Positions 28,433-38,126 of a DNA stretch of 52,903 bases are shown piece by piece. The stretch is from Armatimonadota bacterium (GTDB lineage Bacteria; Armatimonadota; UBA10988). The translations under genes were made by a program, and so were the position numbers. Each line of letters opens with the position of its first letter. Within the stretch, counting starts at the first letter, position 1. The DNA lies in NCBI GenBank assembly GCA_016235455.1, contig JACRKZ010000156.1, positions 1 through 52,903 on the forward strand, written 5' to 3'. A model generated the notes under the pieces. It saw nothing but the letters and a program-made list of their open reading frames with translations. It was not told the origin of the DNA and ran no database searches.

Positions 28433-28508
28433 GCAGTCGCAAGAGTCGGCCCGCCTATACAGCGCTGCTGGCGAACGCGGGGATCGGCCGGGAGCACAGC
28501 CAGCCAGG

Positions 28509-29285
28509 CTAGATACGCCGTACCCAGGCCTCGTCGCCGTACTTGGCCGCCGCCAGGGCCTGCGCCTCGCGCCATTCGTCGGCGCTCGGTTCGGCCACCG
28601 GCGCCGACGGCCCCAGCAGCGGCTCAAAGCCGACCGCCAGGTGCTCGGCAAACTGGTTCGGGGTCAGGTCGATGCCCAACTCGCTCAGGCAGGTCCAGCC
28701 GCGCGTGGCGCCGGCCGGCCGGCGCAGGCAGTCGGCCACCTGCTGGTCATGGACCGTGCGCGGCAGTGAGCCATGCTGGAGCACGCCGCCCAGCTTGTGG
28801 CATTGGGCGCTGCCCATGAGCTTGCGGCCGTCGACGCTCAGGTCCCCGCCCGCGGCGGAGGCGAAGCAGGCCGGGTCGTGGCTGGTGCCGCCGCCGTGGC
28901 GGTCCGACAGGGCCACGGTGATGCCCGCGCGCGCCAGTGCGGCGATGAGGCAGGCGCAGATGCGGTGGTAGGACTCGGTGATGTTGCGTATGCCGCCCAG
29001 CGCGTCGGGCGCGGCGATGACGCTGTAGGTCAACTCGTCGCCGTGCAGCACCGCGCGCCCGCCAGTCAGCCGGCGCGTGACGTCGAGCCCCCAGCGGCGG
29101 CAGGCCGCCTCGTCGACATCGGTGCTGCGTTGGCCGTAGCCCAGCGTGATGGTGTGTGGCAGCCACTCATAGACGCGGATGACGGGCGCGCCCCCGCTGG
29201 CCAGGAGCACCTCGTCGAGCGCCATGTTGAGCGCGCCGGTCAGCGGCGGCGTAACCAGCAGCCGGGCCGCCCGATCAGTGCCCAC
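28509..29285 (-). CDS. Lipoate-protein ligase / octanoyltransferase (LipM/LplA-like)
   Basis: NMALDE, RRLTGGRAVLH..ELTYS, ACF, GRKLMGSAQ, LQHGS; GTG start overlapping the gcvH stop. Confidence 0.88.
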   Translation of the reverse strand: MGTDRAARLLVTPPLTGALNMALDEVLLASGGAPVIRVYEWLPHTITLGYGQRSTDVDEAACRRWGLDVTRRLTGGRAVLHGDELTYSVIAAPDALGGIRNITESYHRICACLIAALARAGITVALSDRHGGGTSHDPACFASAAGGDLSVDGRKLMGSAQCHKLGGVLQHGSLPRTVHDQQVADCLRRPAGATRGWTCLSELGIDLTPNQFAEHLAVGFEPLLGPSAPVAEPSADEWREAQALAAAKYGDEAWVRRI

Positions 29286-29664
29286 CGGCCTCGCAGTGCG
29301 CGGTGTAGGCGTCGGCGTCGAGCAGGCTGTCGGCCTCGGCGGCATCGGTCACGGCGATGGTGATCAGCCAACCCGCCCCATAGGGATCGGTGTTGACCGT
29401 CTCGGGCGCGGCGTCGAGGTCGGCATTGACCGCGGTGACCGCGCCGCTCAGCGGGGCGATCAGGTCGCTGGCCGCCTTGACCGACTCGATGGTGCCGAAC
29501 GCTTCACCGGCGACCACGGCGCTGCCCACGGCCGGCAACTCGATGTAGACAACGTCGCCGAGCTGGTCCTGGGCAAAGTCGGAGATCCCGAACGTGGCCT
29601 GGTCGCCGTCGACGCGACACCACTCATGGCTCGGCAGAAAACGATGATCTGTTGGCACAAGCAT
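29275..29664 (-). CDS. gcvH: Glycine cleavage system H protein (lipoyl carrier)
   Basis: HEW, GISDFAQDQLGDVVYIELP, IESVKAASD (lipoyl Lys), NTDPYGAGW. Confidence 0.95.
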   Translation of the reverse strand: MLVPTDHRFLPSHEWCRVDGDQATFGISDFAQDQLGDVVYIELPAVGSAVVAGEAFGTIESVKAASDLIAPLSGAVTAVNADLDAAPETVNTDPYGAGWLITIAVTDAAEADSLLDADAYTAHCEAGGH

Positions 29665-29712
29665 GGTGATTCGCGACTCCTCATCCGGATTGTACCGCGC
29701 CGCGCGGGGGCG

Positions 29713-32121
29713 TCAAGGCAGGCGGGCGGGCGGCTGCGTTTCGAGCGTGAGCACCTCAAACGGGCCGAGCGTCAGCGTCAGCGGCACGGCCGCGTCGGCG
29801 TGCAGGGCGGGCCGTTGGGCCTCCGTCCGCCACGGGCTGCGCAGCTCGAAGCCCGCCGGGGCGCCGGCCGGCAGCTCGAACGCGGCTGCCACCGTCAACG
29901 GGAACGCGCGTGGCTGGTCGTCCGGGTTGCGCAGCGTGAGCACGCCGCCGTGCTGTGGATGCCAGGCGGCGATGCCATAGACCTCGTTACGGCGCGGGTC
30001 GCCGCCGACCCAATGCGCGTCGACCAGGACCGCCTGTTTGGCGCGGGCCCAGGTGATGCACTCGGCCAGAGCGTCCCAGGCCTCGCCGGTCATCAGCGCC
30101 GGCGACAGGTACAACTCGCCGAGCCCGCTGGCATAGCCCGCGGCCATCCTCAGTTCGTGCAGGAAGCTCGTGAGATTCTGAGCCGGAGTCGGCATGCGCG
30201 CGGGGTTGGCGCGTGGGCCGAGCAAGACACCGTGGTACATGAGCGCGTTGAGCGGATAGAGCGGGCTGCGTGACGCGAAGCGGTCAAAGACCAGCGAGTC
30301 GCGGTAGTTGATCCATTGCTCGCGCGGATTGCCACGGCCAGCGAAGCTGGTGTCCTCGCCCTGGCGCCAGATGCTGTCGGCGCAGAACGTCCAGTAGGGC
30401 GAGGCCCATGTGCCGACGGTGCAGTTGACGAACAGGTCGGGGCTGGCGGCGCGCAACTCGCCGATCAGTCTGACCAGACCGTCAAGATCGGGGGCGATGG
30501 ACACCGGCGCTCCGGTGGCGTAGGCGCCACCACCGATACCATCGAACTTGAAGTAGGTCTGATGGTAGTCGCGGATCATCCTGAGGCAGGCATCGCGGAA
30601 CGCTGCGTAGTACTTCGGCCCGCCGAGCGAGAACCCGCTGGCATTGGTCTCATAGCCCTGGCTCTGCCCATAGGCTACGCGCCTGGCATGCGACTCGCCA
30701 TAGCCGCCCCACGGCGAGAGCCAGGCGCCCATGCCGGCGCCCTGTGCCGCGGCGGCGTCACGGAGCTTGGCGAAGCCGGCGGGGAAGCCGGCGTGGAACT
30801 GCCACAGCGTGTTCCAGTCGTCCCAGCCATCGTCCCACACGAAGCCGTCGAGGCCGACGCCGCGCCGGTCGTGCAACTCGGCGCCGAAGGCGCGGATGAC
30901 CTCCAGGCACTGCGCTTCGGTCATGCGTTGGCGCGGTTCGGGGTCGTCGTTGCGACCGATGTTCAGGTCGTACCAGGAGTTGTAGTGCCAGTACTGCCGG
31001 TAGGGGTGGGCGCGCTCGCGTTCCAGGTAGCCTAGAAAGGCACGGCGCAACTGCCCGGCCGGGTACACGCCGACCCCGCAGCTTGCGGTCCAGGTGGCGC
31101 CGGTGGGCAACTCCGACTGACGCGGCAGCGCGCACACCACCTCCGTCGGGGCGGCGGCGAGCCGGGCGCCGGTGACCGTCACCTGGCCCCAGGAATCGGT
31201 CTCCGTGGGCCGTCCGCCGATGGTCACGCGCAAGGTCGCGGCGGCCATGCCGGCGCGCAGTGGCAGTCGGTAGACATTGCCTTCGACGGCGTTGCCGCTG
31301 AAGCCGGGGTGCGCATCCTCGGCCAGCACCGTTCCGTCGGGGGCCAGCAGCGTCACCTTGGCGATGTCGAGGCGGTGGCTGCCGCGCTGGTAGTCGAAGC
31401 GCGCCTGCACCGCGTCGCCGGCCAGGTCGGTCAGTCGCAGGTCGAAGCCGCGCGCGCGCATCTCGGCCGGGGTCCAGCCGCCGGCCGGCTGCACCCCGTT
31501 CTGGGCCATGGGGTGTTCCACGCCGAGGAACAGGTGGTCGGTAGCCACGGGCGCGCCGTCGGTGTAGCCCACCAGCCGCGCGCCGGGCAGCGCCACGCGC
31601 GCCAGTTCGATGCGGTCGATGGCCACCGGCCCGCGACTCGCCCGCAGCTCGACCTCGCAGCGCAGATAGTGAGCGCCGTCGGTCATGACCGCCCGCCAGC
31701 GCGCCTCCAGCCCGGTCGCGGCATCGACGAACGTGGCGCGCAGCATGCGGCCGGGCAGCTGCGCTGAGCGTCGAGCCGCGCCGGCCACCGGGCGCAGCGC
31801 CGCCTCCTCTGGCTGGCCCGCGAGGGCCATGGTCGAGGAGGCCAACTCGCGAGCGCCCGAGCGTAGGTGGATGACGAACAGATTGGGGTCGCTCCAGGCC
31901 TGGTCGAGTCCCGTCTGGTCGCTGCGCAGTCGGGTCAGGCGGATGGTGCCAGCAGCGCGCGTGAACGTCGCGGTCAGCGTGTTGTTGCCGAGGGTCAGCG
32001 AATCGCGGGTCACCACGGCCCGGGTTGGCGTGATCGGCGGACCGGCGAATGGCACGCTGTCGATGGCGGCTGCGCCGAGCGCAGTGACCGCAAGCAGGCA
32101 GGCCACAAGCATGGTCGGCAC
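29713..32121 (-). CDS. Secreted alpha-galactosidase-like (clan GH-D TIM barrel) glycoside hydrolase
   Basis: Signal peptide; HYNSWYD, FVWDDGWD, GAWLSPWGGY, YFKFDG. Confidence 0.7.
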   Translation of the reverse strand: MPTMLVACLLAVTALGAAAIDSVPFAGPPITPTRAVVTRDSLTLGNNTLTATFTRAAGTIRLTRLRSDQTGLDQAWSDPNLFVIHLRSGARELASSTMALAGQPEEAALRPVAGAARRSAQLPGRMLRATFVDAATGLEARWRAVMTDGAHYLRCEVELRASRGPVAIDRIELARVALPGARLVGYTDGAPVATDHLFLGVEHPMAQNGVQPAGGWTPAEMRARGFDLRLTDLAGDAVQARFDYQRGSHRLDIAKVTLLAPDGTVLAEDAHPGFSGNAVEGNVYRLPLRAGMAAATLRVTIGGRPTETDSWGQVTVTGARLAAAPTEVVCALPRQSELPTGATWTASCGVGVYPAGQLRRAFLGYLERERAHPYRQYWHYNSWYDLNIGRNDDPEPRQRMTEAQCLEVIRAFGAELHDRRGVGLDGFVWDDGWDDWNTLWQFHAGFPAGFAKLRDAAAAQGAGMGAWLSPWGGYGESHARRVAYGQSQGYETNASGFSLGGPKYYAAFRDACLRMIRDYHQTYFKFDGIGGGAYATGAPVSIAPDLDGLVRLIGELRAASPDLFVNCTVGTWASPYWTFCADSIWRQGEDTSFAGRGNPREQWINYRDSLVFDRFASRSPLYPLNALMYHGVLLGPRANPARMPTPAQNLTSFLHELRMAAGYASGLGELYLSPALMTGEAWDALAECITWARAKQAVLVDAHWVGGDPRRNEVYGIAAWHPQHGGVLTLRNPDDQPRAFPLTVAAAFELPAGAPAGFELRSPWRTEAQRPALHADAAVPLTLTLGPFEVLTLETQPPARLP

Positions 32122-32140
32122 CTCTCGGTCGCGCGCCAGG

Positions 32141-33286
32141 CTACTGGAAGACCACGCCCTGGGCCAGCGCCTGGATCTCGGCGGCGCGTGCGGTGAGCAG
32201 GTCCACCGGGCCGACGGCGCGGAAGGAGACCATCTTGTCGGCGAAACCCAGCAGATACCACGAGATGGTGCGCTCGGTGTTGCCGCGGCGGTCGATGACT
32301 TCGTAATCGTGGAGCAGGAAGGCGTCGTCCGGCACGGGCAGGCGGCGACTGGCGACGATCTCGATCCACTTGTCGGTCAGCGCATACTTGCGTACGTCGG
32401 CCACGTAGGTCTCGAACGAGCGGCGGCCGAGGCTGCCGGTGACCACTTCGACCACCAGCGGGTCGTCCGCCTTGTCGGGCCGGGCCACGGCGAAGAAGCC
32501 GTCGCGTCGCTCGAAATGCCAGCCCGGCGGCGCCTTGAGCAGCGCGCCCGTGGCGGGGTCGCGCAGTTGTGTACGCGGCGGCGTGGCGGGCAGCAAGGCG
32601 GTCAGCGAGGCGCCCAGGTAGGCGGGCAGTTCCTCCGGCTTGGCCGCGCGGACGACGCTGGTCAGGCCCCAGCGCTCCAGGGTTTGCTGCAGGCGCGTGT
32701 TGCCGTCGAGCCGGTCGGCCTGGCCCACCAACAACACGGCCTTGCCGGGCGTGTTGGCTGCCTGGCCGGGCACGGGCTCAAGGACTTCAGGCACGGCGGC
32801 ATCGACCAGGAGGCAGCCGCCGAAAAGTGTCGGCTGACGCAACAGCATCTGCCAGGCCCAGGCGCCGGCCACATCCCAGCCCGAGCCGGGCTGCTTGGCG
32901 TCGGCGGTGTTCGGCACGCTGGCCAGGATGATGTCGCTGTGGATGGTGGTGTGGCTCTCGAGTGCCTGGTGCACGATGGTGGCGAAGCGCTGCTCGTCGC
33001 CACTGGGCACGGTGATCAGCAGCGCGCCACGCGGGCTGGTCAGGGCGCGCAGCCGGTTGGATTGCGCGGTCATCAGCTCGGCGCGCGGCACCAGAGACAC
33101 GACCACGGGCCATTTGTCGCCGCGCCACAGCGCGTCGGGCTGGTCGACCAGGTAGTCGGTGCCCTCCTTGGGCAGGCCCGGCGTGGCTGGCGCGACGGCC
33201 CACAACGCACCAGCAGCCAACAACGCGAGCCCCAGAACGGGGACTCGGGCGATCGCTGGCCATGGCATCGTTGTCTGTCGCCGCAT
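32141..33286 (-). CDS. Hypothetical exported protein
   Basis: Signal-like N-terminus; coding-like composition; C-terminal part loosely PsbP/DcrB-like (weak). Confidence 0.6.
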   Translation of the reverse strand: MRRQTTMPWPAIARVPVLGLALLAAGALWAVAPATPGLPKEGTDYLVDQPDALWRGDKWPVVVSLVPRAELMTAQSNRLRALTSPRGALLITVPSGDEQRFATIVHQALESHTTIHSDIILASVPNTADAKQPGSGWDVAGAWAWQMLLRQPTLFGGCLLVDAAVPEVLEPVPGQAANTPGKAVLLVGQADRLDGNTRLQQTLERWGLTSVVRAAKPEELPAYLGASLTALLPATPPRTQLRDPATGALLKAPPGWHFERRDGFFAVARPDKADDPLVVEVVTGSLGRRSFETYVADVRKYALTDKWIEIVASRRLPVPDDAFLLHDYEVIDRRGNTERTISWYLLGFADKMVSFRAVGPVDLLTARAAEIQALAQGVVFQ

Positions 33287-33384
33287 CGTGCTCTAGTCGC
33301 TCCTGACCAGATTGACTTCGAGTCGGCCCACGATGTTTCCTCGCTGGCGAAATCGGAGTCGTCGGCCCCCACAACCACCCCAGC

Positions 33385-34428
33385 TTACCACGCGAACCAA
33401 CGGGTGAGCGCCGGCGGTGCGCCGATCGTGGCCAGGTGGCCGCCGTCCACCCAGTCGACCCGGACGTGGGCGCCGGCCCGCTCCAGCCCGCGCGCCAGGG
33501 CGGCCACGCACGGGCTGGGCATGATGGAGTCGCTGCGCCCGCCGACCAGCACAGCGCGCGCCACACGGCTGTCGCCAGCGTAGGTGAGCGGGTCAAGCCG
33601 GGCCAGCTTGCGGCGCCAGGCGTGGGCCGACGCGCCCGGTGGGCAGCGCAGTTGGCCGGCCAGGCCGTGCGTGGACAGGGCGGCGAGTTGGCCCAGATCA
33701 CCGCCGGCGCCCCACACGAACAGGTCGACATCGGCCAGCAGGTCGGGCCGCAGACCGCAGGCAGCCGCGGCGAAGCAGCCGCCCAGGCTGAACCCGCCCA
33801 GGGCCTCGACGCGCAGCCCCTGGCCCTGACAGGCCTGCACGGCGCGGCTGACATCGAGGGTCATCTGCCGTGCCATGCCGGCCAGCACGTCGGCGTCGGC
33901 GGTGGCCAGGCTGGGCCAGCCGGGGCCACGCTGCTCGGCGGCGGGCAACGGCACGACCAGCAGGCGGCGTGGCGGATCGAACCAGCGGTAGAGGGTCAGC
34001 GCCTCGATGTCGAGCCCCGGCCCGCGACTCACCCCGGAGCTGGCCAGGTAGATGAGCACGGTCGGCGGCGCGCCCGGCGGGCTGATCAGCAGGCAGTCGA
34101 GCGGGCGGGCCGCGGCCGTCGGCTGGCCGACAGGGGTGGTATCGAAGGCGAAGGATTCGAGTTTGGGTCCGCCCAGTTGGCGTTCGAACCAGGCTTCGGC
34201 ATCGGCCACGGTCGTACCGCGTGACACGCCAAGTCCCAGCCAGCGGCCCGCGACGCCCTGTACGGCACCGCGCCGGCAGTCCAGCGGCAGGCGCTGAGCG
34301 TCGCTGGCGTCGGCCTGAACGAGGGCCCGCATGGCGCGCGCCGGAGCCGGCCTGGCGTAGAGACCCAGCGCCAGGCCCCCCAAGCCCAGAACGGTGAGCG
34401 CGACCAGTCGCCAGCTACGCCTCGACAT
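33385..34428 (-). CDS. Membrane-anchored alpha/beta-hydrolase-fold protein
   Basis: N-terminal TM helix; GFSLG nucleophile elbow; D (SDSIMP) and H (GGH) triad candidates. Confidence 0.7.
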   Translation of the reverse strand: MSRRSWRLVALTVLGLGGLALGLYARPAPARAMRALVQADASDAQRLPLDCRRGAVQGVAGRWLGLGVSRGTTVADAEAWFERQLGGPKLESFAFDTTPVGQPTAAARPLDCLLISPPGAPPTVLIYLASSGVSRGPGLDIEALTLYRWFDPPRRLLVVPLPAAEQRGPGWPSLATADADVLAGMARQMTLDVSRAVQACQGQGLRVEALGGFSLGGCFAAAACGLRPDLLADVDLFVWGAGGDLGQLAALSTHGLAGQLRCPPGASAHAWRRKLARLDPLTYAGDSRVARAVLVGGRSDSIMPSPCVAALARGLERAGAHVRVDWVDGGHLATIGAPPALTRWFAW

Positions 34429-34990
34429 CCAACGCCGCCGAGGCAACCGCCACGCGCGCGGGCCGGATCATGCGGCCGTTGAGCAGGACGCCGGGCTCCA
34501 CCAGCGCGGAGATGTGGCCCTCGGGGATGTCGGCCGTGGCCGGCTGGCCGAAGATGGCGTCGTGCTGCTCGGGGTCGAACGGATCGCCCGGCTGCGGCAG
34601 CACGAGTTCGGCGCCGATGGCGTCGAGGAACGTGCCGATCTGGCGCTCGACGAGCGCCAGGCCGGTCTGGATCTGTTCCACCGAGGTGGCCTGGGCGCCG
34701 GCGCCCAGCGCGCGGGCGAAGCCGGAGAGCAGGGGCAGCATGGCTTCGAGGAACTGCTCGTTGGCGCGGGCCACCTGCACCTTGGCCTGTTCGGCGGCGC
34801 GGCGGGCGCGGGTCTCGGCCTCAGCCAGCGCGCGCAGGTAGCGGTCGCGCTCGGCCACCACTTCGTCATACAGGGCGGCCTCGACAAAGGACTCCTCTGG
34901 GGCGTCCTGCGGCTCATGCTCCAGGGGCACCTCGCTCAGCCCGGCGGGGGTGGTGCTGGGCTCGGTGATGGGATCGGTTGGGTCGGCCAT
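34415..34990 (-). CDS. grpE: Nucleotide exchange factor GrpE
   Basis: YLRALAE.E..RRR, FDPEQHDAI, G.LLNGRMIRPARVAV. Confidence 0.9.
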   Translation of the reverse strand: MADPTDPITEPSTTPAGLSEVPLEHEPQDAPEESFVEAALYDEVVAERDRYLRALAEAETRARRAAEQAKVQVARANEQFLEAMLPLLSGFARALGAGAQATSVEQIQTGLALVERQIGTFLDAIGAELVLPQPGDPFDPEQHDAIFGQPATADIPEGHISALVEPGVLLNGRMIRPARVAVASAALDVEA

Positions 34991-34999
34991 CGGGCTACC

Positions 35000-36034
35000 T
35001 CACTCGGATTCGCTGATGTCCACGCCGTAGGTCCAGCGAGGCTGGGCCAACAGCAGCTTCATGAGCCCGCGGAACAGCGGGAAGGTCAGCGCCTGGCTGC
35101 CGTCGCTGAGGGCCACCTTGGGGTCGGGGTGGACCTCCAGCATGATGGCGTCGGCGCCAATCGCCGCGCAGGCCGCGGCCATGGGCGGGATGTACTCGCG
35201 CACGCCCGAGGCGTGGCTGGGATCGAGGCAGATGGGCAGGTGCGTGAGCTTGCGCAGCACGGGCACCGCGGCGGTATCCAGCGTGTTGCGCGTGGCGGTC
35301 TCGAAGGTGCGGATGCCGCGCTCACAGAGCAGGATGCGCTCGTTGCCACGCGAAGCGACGTACTCGGCGGCGTTGAGCAGGTCCTCGATGGTCGCGGCCA
35401 GACCACGCTTGAGCATGACCGGCTTGCCGGTCTCGCCGGCGGCGGCCAGCAGCGCGAAGTTCTGCATGTTGCGCGCGCCGATCTGGATCATGTCGACACA
35501 CTCGAGGGTGTCGTCGAACTGGGCCGCGTCGGTGAACTCGGAGATGACCTTGAGCCCCGTCTCGGCGCGCGCCGCGGCCAGGATCTTGAGCCCGTCGGTG
35601 CCCATGCCCTGGAAGCTGTAGGGCGAGGTGCGCGGCTTGTAAGCGCCGCCGCGCAGCATGCTCGCGCCGCAGGCCTTGGCCAGTCGGGCGCAGGCCATGA
35701 CCTGGTCCTCGGACTCCACCGAACACGGCCCGGCGATGACTGTCAGCGCGCCGCCGCCGATGGTGATGGGGTCGGCATCGCCCACCGAGAAGCCCAGACT
35801 GGGCCGGCCGGCACGCGCCACCAACTTGTACGACTGGTCGATGAGCACGCAGCGGTCGACGCCCGGCATCGACTCGAAGTGGTCCTTGAACTCACCGGGG
35901 TGCGGGCCGACCACCGCCACGACCGTCAGGTGCTCGCCGTAGATGGGGTTGGGCACAAACTTCCGGGCCTGCACCTCGTCCACCACGGCTTGCTTCTGCT
36001 CGGCCGTTGCATCGGTCTTCATGATGATGATCAT
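35000..36034 (-). CDS. aroF: DAHP synthase, type I-beta, with N-terminal regulatory domain
   Basis: IAGPCSVES, LRGGAYKPRTSPYSFQG, QIGARNMQNF, LCERGIRTFE, DPSH, ALSDG. Confidence 0.95.
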   Translation of the reverse strand: MIIIMKTDATAEQKQAVVDEVQARKFVPNPIYGEHLTVVAVVGPHPGEFKDHFESMPGVDRCVLIDQSYKLVARAGRPSLGFSVGDADPITIGGGALTVIAGPCSVESEDQVMACARLAKACGASMLRGGAYKPRTSPYSFQGMGTDGLKILAAARAETGLKVISEFTDAAQFDDTLECVDMIQIGARNMQNFALLAAAGETGKPVMLKRGLAATIEDLLNAAEYVASRGNERILLCERGIRTFETATRNTLDTAAVPVLRKLTHLPICLDPSHASGVREYIPPMAAACAAIGADAIMLEVHPDPKVALSDGSQALTFPLFRGLMKLLLAQPRWTYGVDISESE

Positions 36035-36047
36035 CGCCCGCTCTCCT

Positions 36048-37184
36048 TCACGCCTCGGGCAGCACGCACTCGATGATGCCGCCAAGCACTACGTAGCCCT
36101 GCTCATCATAGACCACCGCCGACTGGCCGGGCGCGATGCCGCGCAGGGGCTCCGTCAAGGTGACAGCGACCGCGTCGCCATCAGCCGGCGCGATCTGACA
36201 GGGTATTGCCTTCATACGGTACCGCACCTGCACCAAACCGTAAAGCGCGCCGGGGGGACGGTCATCGGGCTCCCTCCCCGCTTGCGGGGAGGGTTGGGGT
36301 GGGGGCATGTGCACAACCGGCTCGCCCTGCAGCCTGACCAGGAACCGCCGACGGTCGGCCTGCTCGGCGCGGCCGACGACCAGCGTATTGCTCGGCGCGT
36401 CGATCTCGGTGACGAACCAAGCCTCGGGTCCAGCCAGGCCGAGGCCCTTGCGCTGGCCGATGGTGTACCAGACGAGCCCGCGATGTGTGCCCAACGGCCG
36501 GCCGCCGGCATCGACGATGGGCCCCGGCCGCGCGGCGTCGGGCCGGTGCGCGGCGACGAACTCGGCGTAGTCGCCCGACACAAAGCAGATGTCCTGGCTC
36601 TCATGCTTGGTCGCCGTGGGCAGCGAGAACTCAGCAGCCAGGGCGCGCACCTCGGGCTTGGTCAGGCCGCCCAGCGGCAGCCGCGTGGCCGCCATCTGCT
36701 CCTGGGTCAGCGTGTGCAGCACGTACGACTGATCCTTGGCGGCGTCGACTCCGCGCCGCAGCCGCGAGACGCCGTCGGCGCCTCTCTCCAGGCGGGCGTA
36801 ATGGCCGGTAGCAATGGCCTCGCAGCCCAGCGCGCGGGCCTGGGCCAGGAACAGGTCGAACTTGATGTGCTGGTTGCAGCGAATGCATGGGTTGGGCGTG
36901 CGGCCGGCAGCATATTCGTCGAGGAAGTCCTCGACCACGTCCTGCCAGAAGGCCTCGGCGTGGTTGACCACGTAATGGGGAATGCCCAGCACGTCGGCCA
37001 CGCGGCGGGCGTCGTGCAGCTCGCTCAGCCCGCAGCAGGCCTTGGTGGCTTCCCAGCCCGCGTTGGCCGAACCCAGGCGCATGGTGAAGCCCAGCAGCTC
37101 ATGCCCCTCGCGCTGGAGCAGCGCGGCGGCCACGGAGCTGTCGACTCCGCCGGACATGGCGATGGCGATCTTGGCCATGGGCAT
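36048..37184 (-). CDS. mnmA: tRNA-specific 2-thiouridylase
   Basis: AMSGGVDSS PP-loop, GRTPNPCIRCN, ATGHYAR, KDQSYVL, ESQDICF, YTIGQRKG, PGQSAV.Y. Confidence 0.95.
   Translation of the reverse strand: MPMAKIAIAMSGGVDSSVAAALLQREGHELLGFTMRLGSANAGWEATKACCGLSELHDARRVADVLGIPHYVVNHAEAFWQDVVEDFLDEYAAGRTPNPCIRCNQHIKFDLFLAQARALGCEAIATGHYARLERGADGVSRLRRGVDAAKDQSYVLHTLTQEQMAATRLPLGGLTKPEVRALAAEFSLPTATKHESQDICFVSGDYAEFVAAHRPDAARPGPIVDAGGRPLGTHRGLVWYTIGQRKGLGLAGPEAWFVTEIDAPSNTLVVGRAEQADRRRFLVRLQGEPVVHMPPPQPSPQAGREPDDRPPGALYGLVQVRYRMKAIPCQIAPADGDAVAVTLTEPLRGIAPGQSAVVYDEQGYVVLGGIIECVLPEA
36270..36306. repeat. REP-like palindrome inside the mnmA coding sequence
   Basis: ccctccccgc-tt-gcggggaggg hairpin followed by ttggggtggggg; translated as PPPQPSPQAGRE. 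Confidence 0.75.
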
Positions 37185-37190
37185 CCCCGT

Positions 37191-37270
37191 CCAGATCAAC
37201 AGTTAGCGCAGGTGGACGCAGAGGATCTATGCGCTCAATCTGCGTCCACCTGCGCCATCTGTTGATCTGG
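37191..37270. repeat. Long intergenic inverted repeat (CGCAGxT-unit REP-like / terminator-like) between the flx cluster and mnmA
   Basis: ccagatcaacag.ttagcgcaggtggacgcaga ... tctgcgtccacctgcgc.catctgttgatctgg, about 32-bp arms. Confidence 0.8.
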
Positions 37271-37284
37271 GTGTCTGAGGCGTC

Positions 37285-38121
37285 TCAGAACTCCTGAGGC
37301 AGCGCGGCGATCTGGGCGGCGGTGAACACCGGCCCGTCACAGCAGACGTACGCACCGCCGATGTTGCATCGCCCGCACTTGCCCACGCCGCACTTCATGC
37401 GGTTCTCCAGCGTGGTGATGACCTGCTCGCCGGAAAAGCCCATCTTCTCCAGGCTTATCAGCGAGAACTTGATCATGATCGGCGGGCCGCACAGCACTAC
37501 CTTCGTATTATGGGGCGTGGGCGCGAGCCGTTCGAGCACATGGGGGATCAGGCCCACCTCGCCGTCCCACCCCTCGCTGTCGCCGCCGGGATCGACCGTC
37601 TTGACGCAGCGCACATCCGAGCGCGCCGTCCAGGCGTCGGTCTGGTCGCGGTAGACCAGGTCGGCCGCCGAGCGCGCGCCGTTGAGGATGGTGATGTCGC
37701 CAAACTCGCTCCGCCGGTCGAGGCAGTTGACCAGGATGCTGCGCACCGGCGCCATGCCGATGCCGCCGCCGATGAACACCAGGTTGTGCCCGACCATCTC
37801 GTCGATGGGGAAGCTGTTGCCATAGGGCCCGCGGAAGCCCATGACATCGCCTTCGCTCAGCCGGCGCAAGGCGCTGGTCACCTTGCCGGTGAGCTTGAAG
37901 CTGCACTCGACATAGCCGGTCTCGGTGGGCGAGCTGGCGATGCAGAACACCGACTCGCCTTCGCCAAACGCCGAGTAGAAGGCAAACTGCCCAGCGCGAT
38001 AGGCGAACGAGTCGGCCAGCGCCGGGTCGGTGAACGTCAGCCGCAGCGTGCGCACATCGGCGGTCTCGTCGCGCACCTGCGCCACAGTCATCAGATGGGG
38101 TTCGTAGGTCTCGGTTCGCAT
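37285..38121 (-). CDS. flxA: FlxA / AsrB-like FAD/NAD-binding oxidoreductase with [2Fe-2S]
   Basis: Start MRTETYEPH; GFRGPYGNSF, GGGIGMAP, CGPPIM, LENRMKCGVGKCGRC...C.DGPVF. Confidence 0.85.
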   Translation of the reverse strand: MRTETYEPHLMTVAQVRDETADVRTLRLTFTDPALADSFAYRAGQFAFYSAFGEGESVFCIASSPTETGYVECSFKLTGKVTSALRRLSEGDVMGFRGPYGNSFPIDEMVGHNLVFIGGGIGMAPVRSILVNCLDRRSEFGDITILNGARSAADLVYRDQTDAWTARSDVRCVKTVDPGGDSEGWDGEVGLIPHVLERLAPTPHNTKVVLCGPPIMIKFSLISLEKMGFSGEQVITTLENRMKCGVGKCGRCNIGGAYVCCDGPVFTAAQIAALPQEF

Positions 38122-38126
38122 CGTGC

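Noticed and set aside
28509-29664. LbpA/sHdr sulfur-oxidation system (lipoate protein plus Hdr)
   Set aside because: The carrier looks like canonical GcvH, lies about 8 kb from the cluster, and the Hdr set is HdrABC-Flx, not sHdr C1B1AHC2B2.
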